DNA from: Rhodospirillaceae bacterium
GTDB lineage: Bacteria; Pseudomonadota; Alphaproteobacteria; UBA6615
Direction of reading: 5' to 3'
Length of the DNA stretch: 64,000 nt
Assembly: GCA_002713365.1 (NCBI GenBank)
Contig: PASR01000012.1
Span: 9,848-73,847, forward strand
Shown here: piece after piece, positions 51,414 to 61,791 of the stretch
Layout: every line of letters starts with the position of its first letter
Numbering within the stretch: the first letter of the stretch is position 1
Notes under the pieces: model-generated
The model's input: only the letters and a program-made list of their open reading frames with translations
Told to the model about the DNA's origin: nothing
Database searches by the model: none
Program-made: the position numbers and the translations under genes

Positions 51414-51627
51414 AATAAACTTCCTCTGCACATAAGTTATCATATAAATGCGAATTACTCATGATTTATGAAAACCTGGTAATGCATTAAGAAATCCAAT
51501 AAGTTATATAAAAATATTTTCCAAGAAATAAAATACCAATAGAAAAAATTAATTTTATTTGTCCAAATCTAATATTCACTTAGCACAAATATTTTTAGAA
51601 ATACTTTAAAAGTCCGAGAATACTTAC

Positions 51628-52413
51628 ATGTCAAATATTTTAACCAAAGATCAAATCAATGATTATAAAACAAATGGATTTATATATCCGGTACCAGTAA
51701 TACCTTCTATAAAAGCTGATTACTATGCTAAAAAACTATTATCTTTTCAAAATCAACATCCTGAACACCTAAGCGGAATAAAGGCTCGTAAACTTCATCT
51801 AATTCTTACTTGGATGGCAGATTTAATTTCGGAAAAAGTTATTTTGGACGCCGTTGAAGATCTATTAGGGCCCAATATAATGTGTTGGTCATCTACCCTA
51901 TTCATCAAAGATGCTGAAAACCCTGCATTTGTTTCATGGCACCAAGACGGAAATTATTGGGGACTGAGTAATGATGAATTAACTACAGCATGGCTGGCAT
52001 TAACACCATCAACAGTATTAAACGGTTGCATGAAAATGCTTCCTGGTTCACATAAATGGCCCAAAATAGATCATGAACAAACAACTGACAGAGATAATCT
52101 ATTATCTAAAGGTCAAGTAATTAAAAAAGAGATTACTGATTCTGATTCTGTAAATTTATGCATAAATTCTGGCGAGATTTCGTTACATCATATCAACGTT
52201 GCTCATTCATCGGGTCCCAACAATTCCAAATCTAAAAGAATTGGAATTGCAATTAGATATATAACACCCCATGTCAGACAACTTAATAATTATAAAGATA
52301 GTGCAACCTTAGTAAGAGGAACGGATACCTATAATAATTTTGAACACGAGCCCATTCCTAAATATGATTACGAAACAGCATCTATGTCATTTTTTAAAAA
52401 ATTCGAAGATTAA
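51628..52413 (+). CDS. Phytanoyl-CoA dioxygenase (PhyH) family Fe(II)/2-oxoglutarate oxygenase
   Basis: 261 aa with the HQDGNYW HxD motif and a distal His. Confidence 0.7.
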   Translation: MSNILTKDQINDYKTNGFIYPVPVIPSIKADYYAKKLLSFQNQHPEHLSGIKARKLHLILTWMADLISEKVILDAVEDLLGPNIMCWSSTLFIKDAENPAFVSWHQDGNYWGLSNDELTTAWLALTPSTVLNGCMKMLPGSHKWPKIDHEQTTDRDNLLSKGQVIKKEITDSDSVNLCINSGEISLHHINVAHSSGPNNSKSKRIGIAIRYITPHVRQLNNYKDSATLVRGTDTYNNFEHEPIPKYDYETASMSFFKKFED

Positions 52414-52439
52414 ATTTAAAAATATTTCTATTAGAATAT

Positions 52440-54617
52440 CTAACTTCTTGTTCTGTCCACAGAACTAACCGACTTACCAGCTCTAAGTGCCGACATAACA
52501 TCGTTAAGATGTCTTACGTTATCAACTTCAATGTCAACCGTCATATCAAAAAACTCTAGATTTCTATTCGTGAATTTAAGATTAGAAATATTACCTCCTG
52601 ATTTGGCTATTGTGTTAGCCAATTCACCTAAACTGCCGGGTTCATTAATTAATGTAACATTAAGCCTGCTTACCTGTTTATTTTCGCCTTCATCATCTAC
52701 ATCCCATGAGACGTCCACCCAGCGTTCGGGACTGTCAGCAAAAGCCTCCAAAGTCATACAATCAATAGTATGCACGGTTAGTCCTTTGCCTGTAGTTGCA
52801 ATAGCTACTATCCTATCTCCTGAAAGAGGATAACAACATTTAGCGAAATGAACAGCTAGTCCTGGTATCAATCCATTAATTGGTACGGAATGCTTCTCTA
52901 TATTTTTCATCTTTTTACGAGACCTGCCAAGCGAGAATATCTTTGTCGCACTTTTCGACTCTTTTTTAACTTCTTTTTCTGGAAATATAATCTTCATTAC
53001 TGAACGGCCAGTATGCACTCCCTGACCAACTAATGCATAAAGATCATCAATAGACGCCGCATGGAATTCATCTAAAACGTATGTCAACTTTACTTCATCA
53101 AGAGATTCATCATAGCGTGAAAATGCCTTTTCCAGTATTCCACGACCTAATTCCTTATATTGTAACAATTGTTGATTTCGTAAAACCCGCCTAATACGTG
53201 CACGAGCCTTTCCTGTAACTACAATATTTTCCCAATTAGGCGAAGGTGTTTGATTAGTAGAGGTTAAGATTTCTACTTGATCACCATTTTGTAAAAGTGT
53301 GCGTAAAGGCATATTTCTTCCATTTATTTTAGCACCAACACAATGGTCACCAACCTCTGTATGAACAGCGTATGCAAAGTCAATTGGTGTAGCTCCTTGA
53401 GGTAGAGCATAAACTTCACCTTTTGGTGAAAACCCAAATACTTGGTCTGAGAACATCTCGAGCTTAGTGTGTTCAAGAAAGTCTTCCGGTCCAGCTGCAT
53501 CTTCTAATATATCTAAAAGTTCTTGCAACCATCTATATTGTTTACTTTCAGATATAACAGTATTTGATACTGGGCCCGCTCCAAAGGAACTATACCTCCA
53601 ATGAGCAGCAACACCTCGTTCAGCAATCTCATGCATATTATTTGTTCTGATTTGCACTTCAATACGGTGTTTTTCAGGGCCGAGAACACCCGTATGTAAC
53701 GATTGATATCCATTAGGTTTAGGTGTTGATAAATAATCTCTAAATCTTCCAGGCACAGCACTATAACGCCCATGGATTATACCCAGAGTTTTATAACATT
53801 GATCCGAGTTATTTACGATTATCCTAAAAGCCATAATGTCAGACAACTGTTCAAATTCCACCTGTTGTCTTTGCATTTTTTGCCAAATAGAGTAAGCCGT
53901 TTTTTCTCTACCAGAAACTGCAGCTATTATATTTTCGTCAATCATGACTTGATTTAGTTCACTAATGACTCGATCAACTAAATTACCACCTTCTTCTCGT
54001 AAAAAATTTAATCTACGTATTATCGAATCCCTCGCTTCTCTATTAAGTTCAGCAAATGCTAAATCCTCTAATTCGTCTTTAATATCCTGCATACCAATTC
54101 TAGAAGCTAAGGGCGCATAAATATCCATAGTCTCGCGGGCTATACGATGACGTCTCTCTAATTCTTCAACATGTTTTATAGTGCGCATATTATGTAGACG
54201 ATCAGCAAGCTTAACCATTAAGACACGGATATCCCTACTACTTGCCAAGACAAGTTTTCTAAAGTTTTCGGCCTGCTTTGCTTTATTCGATTGTAACTCA
54301 AGCCTTGTTAGCTTGGTTACACCATCAACTAACTGAGCAATTTCATCACCAAAATTACTACGTATTTCTTCTTCAGTGGTTTGTGTATCTTCAATAGTAT
54401 CGTGCAATAACGCAGTAACAATTGAGGCACCATCAAGACGATAGTTAGTTAATATATCAGCTACTTCTAAAGGATGTGAAAAATAAACCGCACCAGATTC
54501 TCTTTTTTGTCCGCCGTGCGCTTTTTCCGAAAATAAATAAGCGCGTTTTAGTAATGACATGTCAAACTTTGGATCGTACTTTTTAACTCGTTCAGTAAGT
54601 TCCTGTTGGCCTGTCAT
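52440..54617 (-). CDS. spoT: Bifunctional (p)ppGpp synthetase/hydrolase (RelA/SpoT homolog)
   Basis: 725 aa with HD domain (HPLEVADIL..HD), synthetase domain, TGS and ACT domains. Confidence 0.95.
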   Translation of the reverse strand: MTGQQELTERVKKYDPKFDMSLLKRAYLFSEKAHGGQKRESGAVYFSHPLEVADILTNYRLDGASIVTALLHDTIEDTQTTEEEIRSNFGDEIAQLVDGVTKLTRLELQSNKAKQAENFRKLVLASSRDIRVLMVKLADRLHNMRTIKHVEELERRHRIARETMDIYAPLASRIGMQDIKDELEDLAFAELNREARDSIIRRLNFLREEGGNLVDRVISELNQVMIDENIIAAVSGREKTAYSIWQKMQRQQVEFEQLSDIMAFRIIVNNSDQCYKTLGIIHGRYSAVPGRFRDYLSTPKPNGYQSLHTGVLGPEKHRIEVQIRTNNMHEIAERGVAAHWRYSSFGAGPVSNTVISESKQYRWLQELLDILEDAAGPEDFLEHTKLEMFSDQVFGFSPKGEVYALPQGATPIDFAYAVHTEVGDHCVGAKINGRNMPLRTLLQNGDQVEILTSTNQTPSPNWENIVVTGKARARIRRVLRNQQLLQYKELGRGILEKAFSRYDESLDEVKLTYVLDEFHAASIDDLYALVGQGVHTGRSVMKIIFPEKEVKKESKSATKIFSLGRSRKKMKNIEKHSVPINGLIPGLAVHFAKCCYPLSGDRIVAIATTGKGLTVHTIDCMTLEAFADSPERWVDVSWDVDDEGENKQVSRLNVTLINEPGSLGELANTIAKSGGNISNLKFTNRNLEFFDMTVDIEVDNVRHLNDVMSALRAGKSVSSVDRTRS

Positions 54618-54753
54618 TCAACACCTAAGGCTATCGTCTTATTCGTAAAACAAAGGTTAACGCCCGGGCACTATAGATAAATATTTATTATTACTTTATT
54701 AACTACCCAGGTTTTCTCTACAAATTACCTGATAGTAAATGTTCAGTCATTCA

Positions 54754-55167
54754 TTAATCAACATCTACTGGACCAACAACATCCTCAAAAAGCATTTCAG
54801 GAGAATCAGGGGCTTTTTCAATAAAACTACTTCTTTCATCTATTTCATCACCTAAATCAACGCCAGGTATACCTGTATCAGATTCAAGTAATTCAACTAT
54901 ATCATCTGTTTCTTTCTCTTCTTCTTGAACTAGATCAAATTCTACGTGTCGCTGTTGGCTTTCTACAAGTGCCTCTTGTAGGTCTGCTAATTGTACTGTC
55001 TCTTCAGCAATTTCACGTAATGAAATAACGGGATTTTTATCATTGTCGGGCTCTACGGTTAGAGGAGAGCCGGCTAAAATCTCACGAGATCGCTGTGCTG
55101 CAACCATTACTAATTCAAATCTATTTGGTACTTTTAGTACACAATCCTCAACAGTTACGCGCGCCAT
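54754..55167 (-). CDS. rpoZ: DNA-directed RNA polymerase subunit omega
   Basis: [30 protein letters not shown]. An SD (GGAG) precedes the ATG at 55167. Confidence 0.9.
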   Translation of the reverse strand: MARVTVEDCVLKVPNRFELVMVAAQRSREILAGSPLTVEPDNDKNPVISLREIAEETVQLADLQEALVESQQRHVEFDLVQEEEKETDDIVELLESDTGIPGVDLGDEIDERSSFIEKAPDSPEMLFEDVVGPVDVD

Positions 55168-55254
55168 ATAATAAAACTCCACAAATATTCTAGTTATGAT
55201 CTATATAGGATAAAAATCTTAATATGCAAATATGTTATAATAAATTCATTTTTA

Positions 55255-55770
55255 TTAAGAAACAACAAAACAAGAAGATGATTCATGACTATGATTAATA
55301 TCAATCACCATTTCCTGCGCGCTTTTTCCTGTTTTAGGATGTCGCCATTCAGGATTTATATCACAAATAGGCATTAACACAAATGCACGTTCAGCAATAC
55401 GCGGATGTGGTATATGAAGTCTACTTTCTTCGTTAATTAAATCCCCATAAGCAAGTAGATCTAAATCAATCGCTCTAGCAGCATTAACTACACTTCTTTT
55501 ACGACCAAATTTTATTTCAATATCTAATAAAACGTTCAATAGGTCATACGGTGATAGTTGTGTCTTAACTTCAACAACTGAGTTCATATAACTAGGTTGA
55601 TCAGATTTTGGCATAGGTAATGATGAATACCAACGCGATTGATTCTTAATTTGGATACCTACTCTGACAAATGAATTCAGAGCAGCTTCTAATGTTTTTT
55701 TTGGAGGACCATATTCTTCTGAGGGAATATTGGCACCTAGACCAATTAAAATAGATGATGGCATTGGCAT
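55255..55770 (-). CDS. folK: 2-amino-4-hydroxy-6-hydroxymethyldihydropteridine diphosphokinase
   Basis: ILIGLGANI ... RAIDLDLL ... HIPHPRIAERAFVL. Confidence 0.85.
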   Translation of the reverse strand: MPMPSSILIGLGANIPSEEYGPPKKTLEAALNSFVRVGIQIKNQSRWYSSLPMPKSDQPSYMNSVVEVKTQLSPYDLLNVLLDIEIKFGRKRSVVNAARAIDLDLLAYGDLINEESRLHIPHPRIAERAFVLMPICDINPEWRHPKTGKSAQEMVIDINHSHESSSCFVVS

Positions 55771-55912
55771 GTTATATTACTCAAAATTAAAAAACTAATA
55801 TAAATTCAACTATTTAATACTATTAATTATATAAAATACTTCTTAATAAAGATAATATCGAATTAAAAAAATCTGCTAATATAAATAGATAACAATTTGT
55901 TAGTGAAAGCAC

Positions 55913-56560
55913 ATGATCCAGTTACAACTTCCGAAAAGCAACTGCAGTTTATGCCCTCGTTTAGTAGATTTTCGAGAACTAAACCAAAAGAATTTTCCAA
56001 ACTTTCATAACGGACCTGTCAAAAGCTTCGGATCTCTACAAGCACAACTATTAATAGTTGGTCTTGCTCCAGGATTAAAGGGAGCAAATAGAACAGGCAG
56101 GCCTTTTACAGGAGATTATGCCGGTGATTTATTATATTCAACATTAATTAAATTTGGTTTGGCAAAAGGGTCTTATAAAAAACATGCCTTAGATGGATTA
56201 AAACTTCAAAACTGCAGATTAACTAATGCAGTCAGATGTGTCCCCCCCCAAAATAAACCTATAGGTCACGAAGTAAAATCCTGTAGAAATTTTTTAATTA
56301 ATGAAATAGACGCAATGCCCAATCTTCATTCTGTAATAGTGTTAGGAGGATTAGCTCACAACGCTTTTTTATCTGCCGTGAAAGCAAAGAAAAGTCTTTT
56401 TCCATTTGGCCACAGTTCTGAACACCAAGTTAATTATGATAATAAAAGAATAATGTTAACTGATAGTTACCACTGTTCACGATACAATACAAATACAGGA
56501 CGCCTAAATGCAGAGATGTTTGAAAATGTTTTTAAGATTGTATTAAAGCAGTTGTCTTAG
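55913..56560 (+). CDS. Uracil-DNA glycosylase superfamily protein (family 4/5-type, Fe-S cysteines present)
   Basis: GLAPGLKGANRTGRPFTGDYAG motif, with Cys residues at CSLCPRL, RCVPP and SCRNF. Confidence 0.75.
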   Translation: MIQLQLPKSNCSLCPRLVDFRELNQKNFPNFHNGPVKSFGSLQAQLLIVGLAPGLKGANRTGRPFTGDYAGDLLYSTLIKFGLAKGSYKKHALDGLKLQNCRLTNAVRCVPPQNKPIGHEVKSCRNFLINEIDAMPNLHSVIVLGGLAHNAFLSAVKAKKSLFPFGHSSEHQVNYDNKRIMLTDSYHCSRYNTNTGRLNAEMFENVFKIVLKQLS

Positions 56561-56766
56561 AATTGCACTAAAGCGAGTATCTTCTAGAGAATTAAATATA
56601 AATATATTTTTATTATAGCAACAATATATAAATTTAGACTAAATAGAGTTTCAAATTTCTAATTAAATACGTATATAATCTCTATGACTTTATCTCTATG
56701 CCGTTGCGATGAATCGAATGCTATGTTACCCGCTTTAAGTATAACAACCAACATGGGTCAAAATAA

Positions 56767-57216
56767 TTGAATATCAGCCCACAAATTTGGGTTCTTAATG
56801 GACCAAATCTAAACCTACTCGGGGAACGTGAACCCGACACCTACGGTCACGAAACCTTGGAATCAATTGAACATAAATGCATATCCATTGCTGATGGTTT
56901 AAACTTAAATATAGAATTTAAACAATCAAACCATGAAGGCGAATTAGTTGCCTGGATACAAGAAGCTCGCAAATCAGTAGACGGGTTGGCTATAAATGCT
57001 GGTGCTTACACGCATACATCAGTTGCTCTACATGATGCATTAAAGTTATTAACAATACCTATAATCGAAGTACACTTATCAAATATCTATACGAGAGAAG
57101 AGTTTCGTCACCATTCATTTATTAGTCCATTAGCAAAAGGTATAATATGTGGTTTTGGAGCTAATAGTTATGTCCTCGCCATTCAAGCCTTACGCTTATT
57201 AATGGATGAAAAGTAG
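56767..57216 (+). CDS. aroQ: 3-dehydroquinate dehydratase, type II
   Basis: IWVLNGPNLNLLGEREPDTYG ... a typical type II DHQase. TTG start as in the ORF track. Confidence 0.85.
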   Translation: MNISPQIWVLNGPNLNLLGEREPDTYGHETLESIEHKCISIADGLNLNIEFKQSNHEGELVAWIQEARKSVDGLAINAGAYTHTSVALHDALKLLTIPIIEVHLSNIYTREEFRHHSFISPLAKGIICGFGANSYVLAIQALRLLMDEK

Positions 57217-57228
57217 AAGTCTTAATCA

Positions 57229-57682
57229 TATGTCAAAAAAACTTAACATTGACGAATCTTTGGTTAGAAGAATGTCAAAACTTCTTGATGAGACTGGCTT
57301 GTCAGAAATTGAATACGAGGACAACGGAACTAAAATTAGAGTTTCAAAGGCAACCATCAAAGCAGAACAATCGCCAAGTATAATTCCTCAACCAACTATA
57401 ACTCAAGAAAAACCATTACTTGAAGAAAATGAATATGATTTAAATTCTCAAGGTTCAGTTTTATCTCCAATGGTGGGGACTATTTATATGTCTTCTGCTC
57501 CTGGCGAACCCCCATTTGTTCAAATAGGTGACTCAATTAAGAAAGGCCAAACTATTTTAGTAGTTGAAGCTATGAAAACCTTTAATGAAATTGTTGCACC
57601 AATATCCGGCAAATTATCCAAATTATTAGTTACCGACAGTCAACCTGTCGAATTTGGTGAATTACTTGCCATAATTGAATAA
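57229..57682 (+). CDS. accB: Acetyl-CoA carboxylase biotin carboxyl carrier protein
   Basis: Biotinylation motif EAMKTFNEI and a C-terminal lipoyl-like domain. I chose the ATG at 57229 (MSKKLNIDE...) over 57206. Confidence 0.85.
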
Positions 57683-57699
57683 ACTGGGTTGTAAATTCT

Positions 57700-59046
57700 A
57701 TGTTTGAAAAAATTCTTATCGCTAACCGGGGCGAGATAGCTTTACGCATCCATCGTGCATGTAAAGAAATGGGAATTAAAACTGTCGCAATTCATTCTAC
57801 GGCAGATGAAGAGGCAATGCATGTCCGCTTGGCAGATGAAAGCGTTTGTATAGGGCCTGCATCTGTCGAACAAAGCTATCTTAATATCCCTGCTATTATA
57901 TCAGCAGCAACAGTAACAAATGCTGATGCCATACATCCAGGCTATGGGTTTCTGTCTGAAAGCGAAAATTTTGCCCAGATAGTTGAAGAGCATGATTTCA
58001 TATTCATAGGTCCAAAACCTAAACATATTGCTAATATGGGTGATAAGATTTCTGCCAAAAAAATGATGATAGAAGCTCACATACCAGTAGTTCCTGGCTC
58101 TACTGAAGTGATTGATAACCTAGAAAAAGCAAAAAATGCTGCTGAAGAAATTGGATATCCAGTGATTATCAAAGCTACATCTGGTGGTGGGGGTAGAGGT
58201 ATGAAAGTAGTAACTAGACCTGAAGAAATGGAGTTGGCAATAAGTATAGCTCAAAATGAGGCAGAAACTAATTTTGGTAATAAATCCGTTTACTTAGAAA
58301 AGTATCTTAAAAATCCCAGACATATAGAAGTACAGGTATTAGCTGATAATCATGGCAACGCTATTCATTTATATGAACGTGATTGTTCATTACAACGAAA
58401 ACATCAAAAAGTACTAGAAGAAGCTCCGGCTCCTTCTCTTAGTAATGATCTAAGAGAATATATTGGTAATTTATGTTGCTCAGCAGCAAAAGATATAGGC
58501 TACAGAAGTGCAGGTACTTTTGAATTCTTATACGAAAATAATAAGTTTTATTTTATAGAAATGAACACCCGTGTTCAGGTTGAGCATGCGATAACGGAAA
58601 TGATATGCAGTTTAGATATCGTAAGTGAAATGATAAATATAGCTGCAGATATTCCTCTTACTTATAAACAAGATCAAATAGTATATGAAGGACATGCAAT
58701 TGAATGTCGAATCAATGCAGAAAACCCTATATCTTTTATACCCTCTCCTGGAAGAATTAATGAATTTCATGCACCCGGCGGACTCGGCATAAGGATAGAT
58801 TCTGCTTTATATACAGGATACACAGTACCACCATACTACGATAGCCTAGTGGCAAAACTGGTTGTTCATGCTAAAAATCGCGATGACTGTATAATGCGGT
58901 TGAAAAGAGCATTAGACGAGATGGTAATTTCTGGAATTGAAACAACAATACCCCTCCACCAGCAGATAATAGAAAGTCCAACCTTCATATCTGGTGATTA
59001 TGATATACACTGGTTGGAGAGTTTTGTATTTTCTAAAAAATCATGA
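57700..59046 (+). CDS. accC: Acetyl-CoA carboxylase biotin carboxylase subunit
   Basis: [17 protein letters not shown]... ATP-grasp; 448 aa. Confidence 0.95.
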   Translation: MFEKILIANRGEIALRIHRACKEMGIKTVAIHSTADEEAMHVRLADESVCIGPASVEQSYLNIPAIISAATVTNADAIHPGYGFLSESENFAQIVEEHDFIFIGPKPKHIANMGDKISAKKMMIEAHIPVVPGSTEVIDNLEKAKNAAEEIGYPVIIKATSGGGGRGMKVVTRPEEMELAISIAQNEAETNFGNKSVYLEKYLKNPRHIEVQVLADNHGNAIHLYERDCSLQRKHQKVLEEAPAPSLSNDLREYIGNLCCSAAKDIGYRSAGTFEFLYENNKFYFIEMNTRVQVEHAITEMICSLDIVSEMINIAADIPLTYKQDQIVYEGHAIECRINAENPISFIPSPGRINEFHAPGGLGIRIDSALYTGYTVPPYYDSLVAKLVVHAKNRDDCIMRLKRALDEMVISGIETTIPLHQQIIESPTFISGDYDIHWLESFVFSKKS

Positions 59047-59699
59047 CATCAAGTATTATTGAGCCTGAATTCCTATTAAAGGCGTACGCCTGTGGTATTT
59101 TCCCTATGGCAGAGGATCGTGAAGACACTGAAATTCACTGGATAGAACCAGAATTCAGAGGAATAATACCTATAGATCAATTTCATATTCCAAAAAAATT
59201 AAGACAAACATTAAGAAACGGGTCCCATGAAATAAGTATAGATAGAAACTTTAGAGAAGTGATACGTGCTTGCTCAGAAACAAATCAATTGAGAGAAAAA
59301 ACTTGGATCAATAAGCCAATTGAAAAATTATATATTACACTATTTAACATGGGATTTGCCCATAGTGTCGAAACATATAAAGACGGAAAACTTGTAGGTG
59401 GATTATATGGAGTGGCACTGGGTGGTGCCTTTTTTGGAGAAAGCATGTTTTCGAGAACTACAGATTCAAGTAAAGTAGCTTTATGTCATTTGTCAGCACG
59501 TCTAGCAAAAAGTAAATTTAAACTACTAGACATTCAATTCATTACTGATCACTTAAAGCAATTTGGAGCACTAGAAGTTAGCAAAGATCAATATAAAACT
59601 CTATTATTTAATGCTGTTAATTCTAATAAAAAATTTCAATCTGAGCTTACATTAGACGAACTTGATAATTTTATACAGTCCACAACCCATACATCATAG
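59043..59699 (+). CDS. aat: Leucyl/phenylalanyl-tRNA--protein transferase
   Basis: 218 aa: ...[14 protein letters not shown] ... [19 protein letters not shown]. Confidence 0.85.
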   Translation: MTSSIIEPEFLLKAYACGIFPMAEDREDTEIHWIEPEFRGIIPIDQFHIPKKLRQTLRNGSHEISIDRNFREVIRACSETNQLREKTWINKPIEKLYITLFNMGFAHSVETYKDGKLVGGLYGVALGGAFFGESMFSRTTDSSKVALCHLSARLAKSKFKLLDIQFITDHLKQFGALEVSKDQYKTLLFNAVNSNKKFQSELTLDELDNFIQSTTHTS

Positions 59700-60091
59700 A
59701 TAGGATGCTCTAAAGCCGACAAAGCGGGACTTGAAGAAAACATCCATCCATTAAATACTAAACTATTTCCTTGTCCTATAACATTATCAGTTATTTCGAC
59801 AAAAACTGCAGATTCCGGATTTTCCGTTGGAGGATTCTTATAGCAAGTTCTAACTTTTATAGTCAGGGTACCAAAGTATATTTTTTGTTTTATTGTTGCC
59901 TGAAGCCTTTCAGTCCTAGCGGTAACTTTATCTAACCCATGAAGAATTGCTATGGGCTTAAATTTCTCAGATTGTAAATTCGTTGACTGGGCAAAGCACA
60001 TATTCAACATAATAATATTTAATAATATATATATAGAGAAAACATATCTCAAAAAATTAATATTATTAGTTATATTAATAAAAGAAAACAC
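59636..60091 (-). CDS. DUF2155 domain-containing secreted protein
   Basis: 151 aa with a signal peptide. Has the alphaproteobacterial DUF2155 character and the usual neighbour (NDUFA12-like gene). Its 3' end overlaps aat by 64 nt. Confidence 0.55.
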   Translation of the reverse strand: MFSFINITNNINFLRYVFSIYILLNIIMLNMCFAQSTNLQSEKFKPIAILHGLDKVTARTERLQATIKQKIYFGTLTIKVRTCYKNPPTENPESAVFVEITDNVIGQGNSLVFNGWMFSSSPALSALEHPIYDVWVVDCIKLSSSSNVSSD

Positions 60092-60537
60092 TATTTATCA
60101 TTTGTCATAAATATGATTTTGGAAACACTATCTTCAAGTGATTCATAATCACGTGTTTTAAAGACCTCATCACCATCTTTCAGTATTTTATCTGATATGC
60201 CTGGGGTAAGCCTCAAATAAGAACCTCCTAATAAACCTTCACTATCTATAAACACAGATGTATCAGTTGGAACTTTAATATCCGCATCAACACTAAATGT
60301 TATTAAGGCTTCAAAGCTTTCTTTATCAAGAGAACGGTCAATAACAACGCCTACTTTGACTCCACTGATTTTAACTTCATTTCCAATATTTAAACTTCCA
60401 ACTTTATAAAAACGCGCCTTAAGATTAATAACATTATCATTACTGCTATCTATATATTGGAGAGCAAATATTAGAAATATGAGCGCAACTAAAAGAACTA
60501 TTGCACCAATTAAGGTCTCTGCCATTCCACGATTCAT
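60091..60537 (-). CDS. mlaD: MlaD-like MCE domain protein (outer membrane lipid asymmetry/ABC transporter periplasmic component)
   Basis: 148 aa: N-terminal TM helix plus a single MCE domain. Confidence 0.7.
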   Translation of the reverse strand: MNRGMAETLIGAIVLLVALIFLIFALQYIDSSNDNVINLKARFYKVGSLNIGNEVKISGVKVGVVIDRSLDKESFEALITFSVDADIKVPTDTSVFIDSEGLLGGSYLRLTPGISDKILKDGDEVFKTRDYESLEDSVSKIIFMTNDK

Positions 60538-61010
60538 GGCATCCTCTTATTATATTCAACATCATCATGTCTTTTTGATTTACTACCGATTATTTTAAGT
60601 AAATCAGCTAAAATAAGTGAATCTTCTGTGTATATAATTTCTTGGCCAGGTTTAAGAGTATTACCACTTCCAATATCTAATTGAATATATTTTTTTCCAA
60701 ATAAACCAGGAGTTGTAATTGAAGCTACTGATTCAGAATCTAAAATTATATTGTTTTCTACAGTGATGGATATTACAGCTCGTAAATCTTTATCTAAATA
60801 CAAGTCTTTTACGATTCCAACTGGAATACCTGCAATTTTAACTTCACTTCCAACTGATATCCCATCCACTTGGTTAAACCGAGCGGTATAATAAAAACTT
60901 TTTGATTTAGATTCTGTAACTTTGAAAACAGATATTATTAAAAATATAAAACATACAGAGATTACAAATCCCGTCAATAATTCGTATTGTTTATGCCGTA
61001 AATAATACAT
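60534..61010 (-). CDS. MCE domain protein, second tandem MlaD-like paralog
   Basis: TM helix plus MCE domain. Start set at the internal Met (MYYLRH...) to avoid a 53-nt overlap with the upstream gene. The ORF track extends to 61097. Confidence 0.6.
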   Translation of the reverse strand: MYYLRHKQYELLTGFVISVCFIFLIISVFKVTESKSKSFYYTARFNQVDGISVGSEVKIAGIPVGIVKDLYLDKDLRAVISITVENNIILDSESVASITTPGLFGKKYIQLDIGSGNTLKPGQEIIYTEDSLILADLLKIIGSKSKRHDDVEYNKRMP

Positions 61011-61044
61011 TTGACTGTTTGCTTTTATTAATAACCAAATATAT

Positions 61045-61398
61045 CTATTTGGGTGTCCACGATTCATAGTCTCCTGTATTACGAGGTCTATGACCACCTC
61101 GCAACGTACTACCAGGCGGCACGTATGCAGCTCGAGTACCGCTCAAGTTGGGAACATGTTCTTTTTGCCACGAATGTCTATTTTTATCCGTCAGAGGTGT
61201 ATCAGTTATATGGTGGAGCCAAGCGTGCCATTCTGGTGGAACCTTACTTGGCTCAGAACTCCCCTTATAAACAACCCACCTTCTTTCTCTATTATATCCT
61301 GATCTACCTTTACTTCGATAATAACGATTACCAAAGTTATCTTCTCCAACTTTAATGCCTGTAATCCAGGTCTTTATCAACGTACCAAGCGTTGCCAT
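61045..61398 (-). CDS. NADH:ubiquinone oxidoreductase subunit NDUFA12-like (17.2 kDa) family protein
   Basis: MATLGTLIKTWITGIKVGEDNFGNRYYRSK ... RWVVY ... PPEWHAWLH. Confidence 0.8.
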   Translation of the reverse strand: MATLGTLIKTWITGIKVGEDNFGNRYYRSKGRSGYNRERRWVVYKGSSEPSKVPPEWHAWLHHITDTPLTDKNRHSWQKEHVPNLSGTRAAYVPPGSTLRGGHRPRNTGDYESWTPK

Positions 61399-61572
61399 AT
61401 TATTTTTTTTCCAGTTCAATTAATTAAATTTTATCACCAACAACGTCCGAGTCTCTTAAATCCTACCCAAATATTGCACTGACAGACGTTTAGGTCCAGC
61501 TAATAAGATGTCGCAGTAATTATAGGAGTCGCGCATTAGTAAATACTATATTTATCTCCAATTTTTTATACA

Positions 61573-61662
61573 ACACAAAATATAGTTGCTACTCAAATAT
61601 GTAGTAGTATAGCCTATGTAATAATCGAGATGTAGTAGTTATAAAAAATAAAAGTAGTTTGT
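61573..61662 (+). promoter_or_regulatory. Candidate operator region upstream of nrdJ: ACAC-ATAT half NrdR-box-like site plus CTACT-N9-AGTAG palindrome, with the TGTAGTAG motif repeated 31 bp downstream
   Basis: ACACAAAATATAGTTG (61573-61588), then CTACTCAAATATGTAGTAG (61589-61607). TGTAGTAG occurs again at 61631-61638, i.e. 31 bp (about 3 helical turns) from the first copy. Confidence 0.3.
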
Positions 61663-61791
61663 TACTAAATGCGACTCGGTTGGTGCCGCGAACAGTTAGG
61701 GGATAAAACATGAACTCTAGCGGTATACCTGGCTTATAGAGGACGATTAACACCCTTAAATTTCGTCCAATGTATATTGGGGGATATTCAT

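Noticed and set aside
56231-56240. C8 homopolymer inside the UDG gene as a second slippage or phase-variation site
   Set aside because: It is in frame (V-P-P-Q) and the flanking protein sequence is continuous and conserved. There is no sign of disruption, so it is only a potential, not an observed, slippage site.
61640-61791. Cobalamin (B12) riboswitch in the nrdJ leader
   Set aside because: No B12-box (rAGYCMGgAgaCCkGCC) or the characteristic GCCACTG/GGGAAGG elements were found. B12 riboswitches normally control B12-independent isozymes or transporters, not the B12-dependent RNR.
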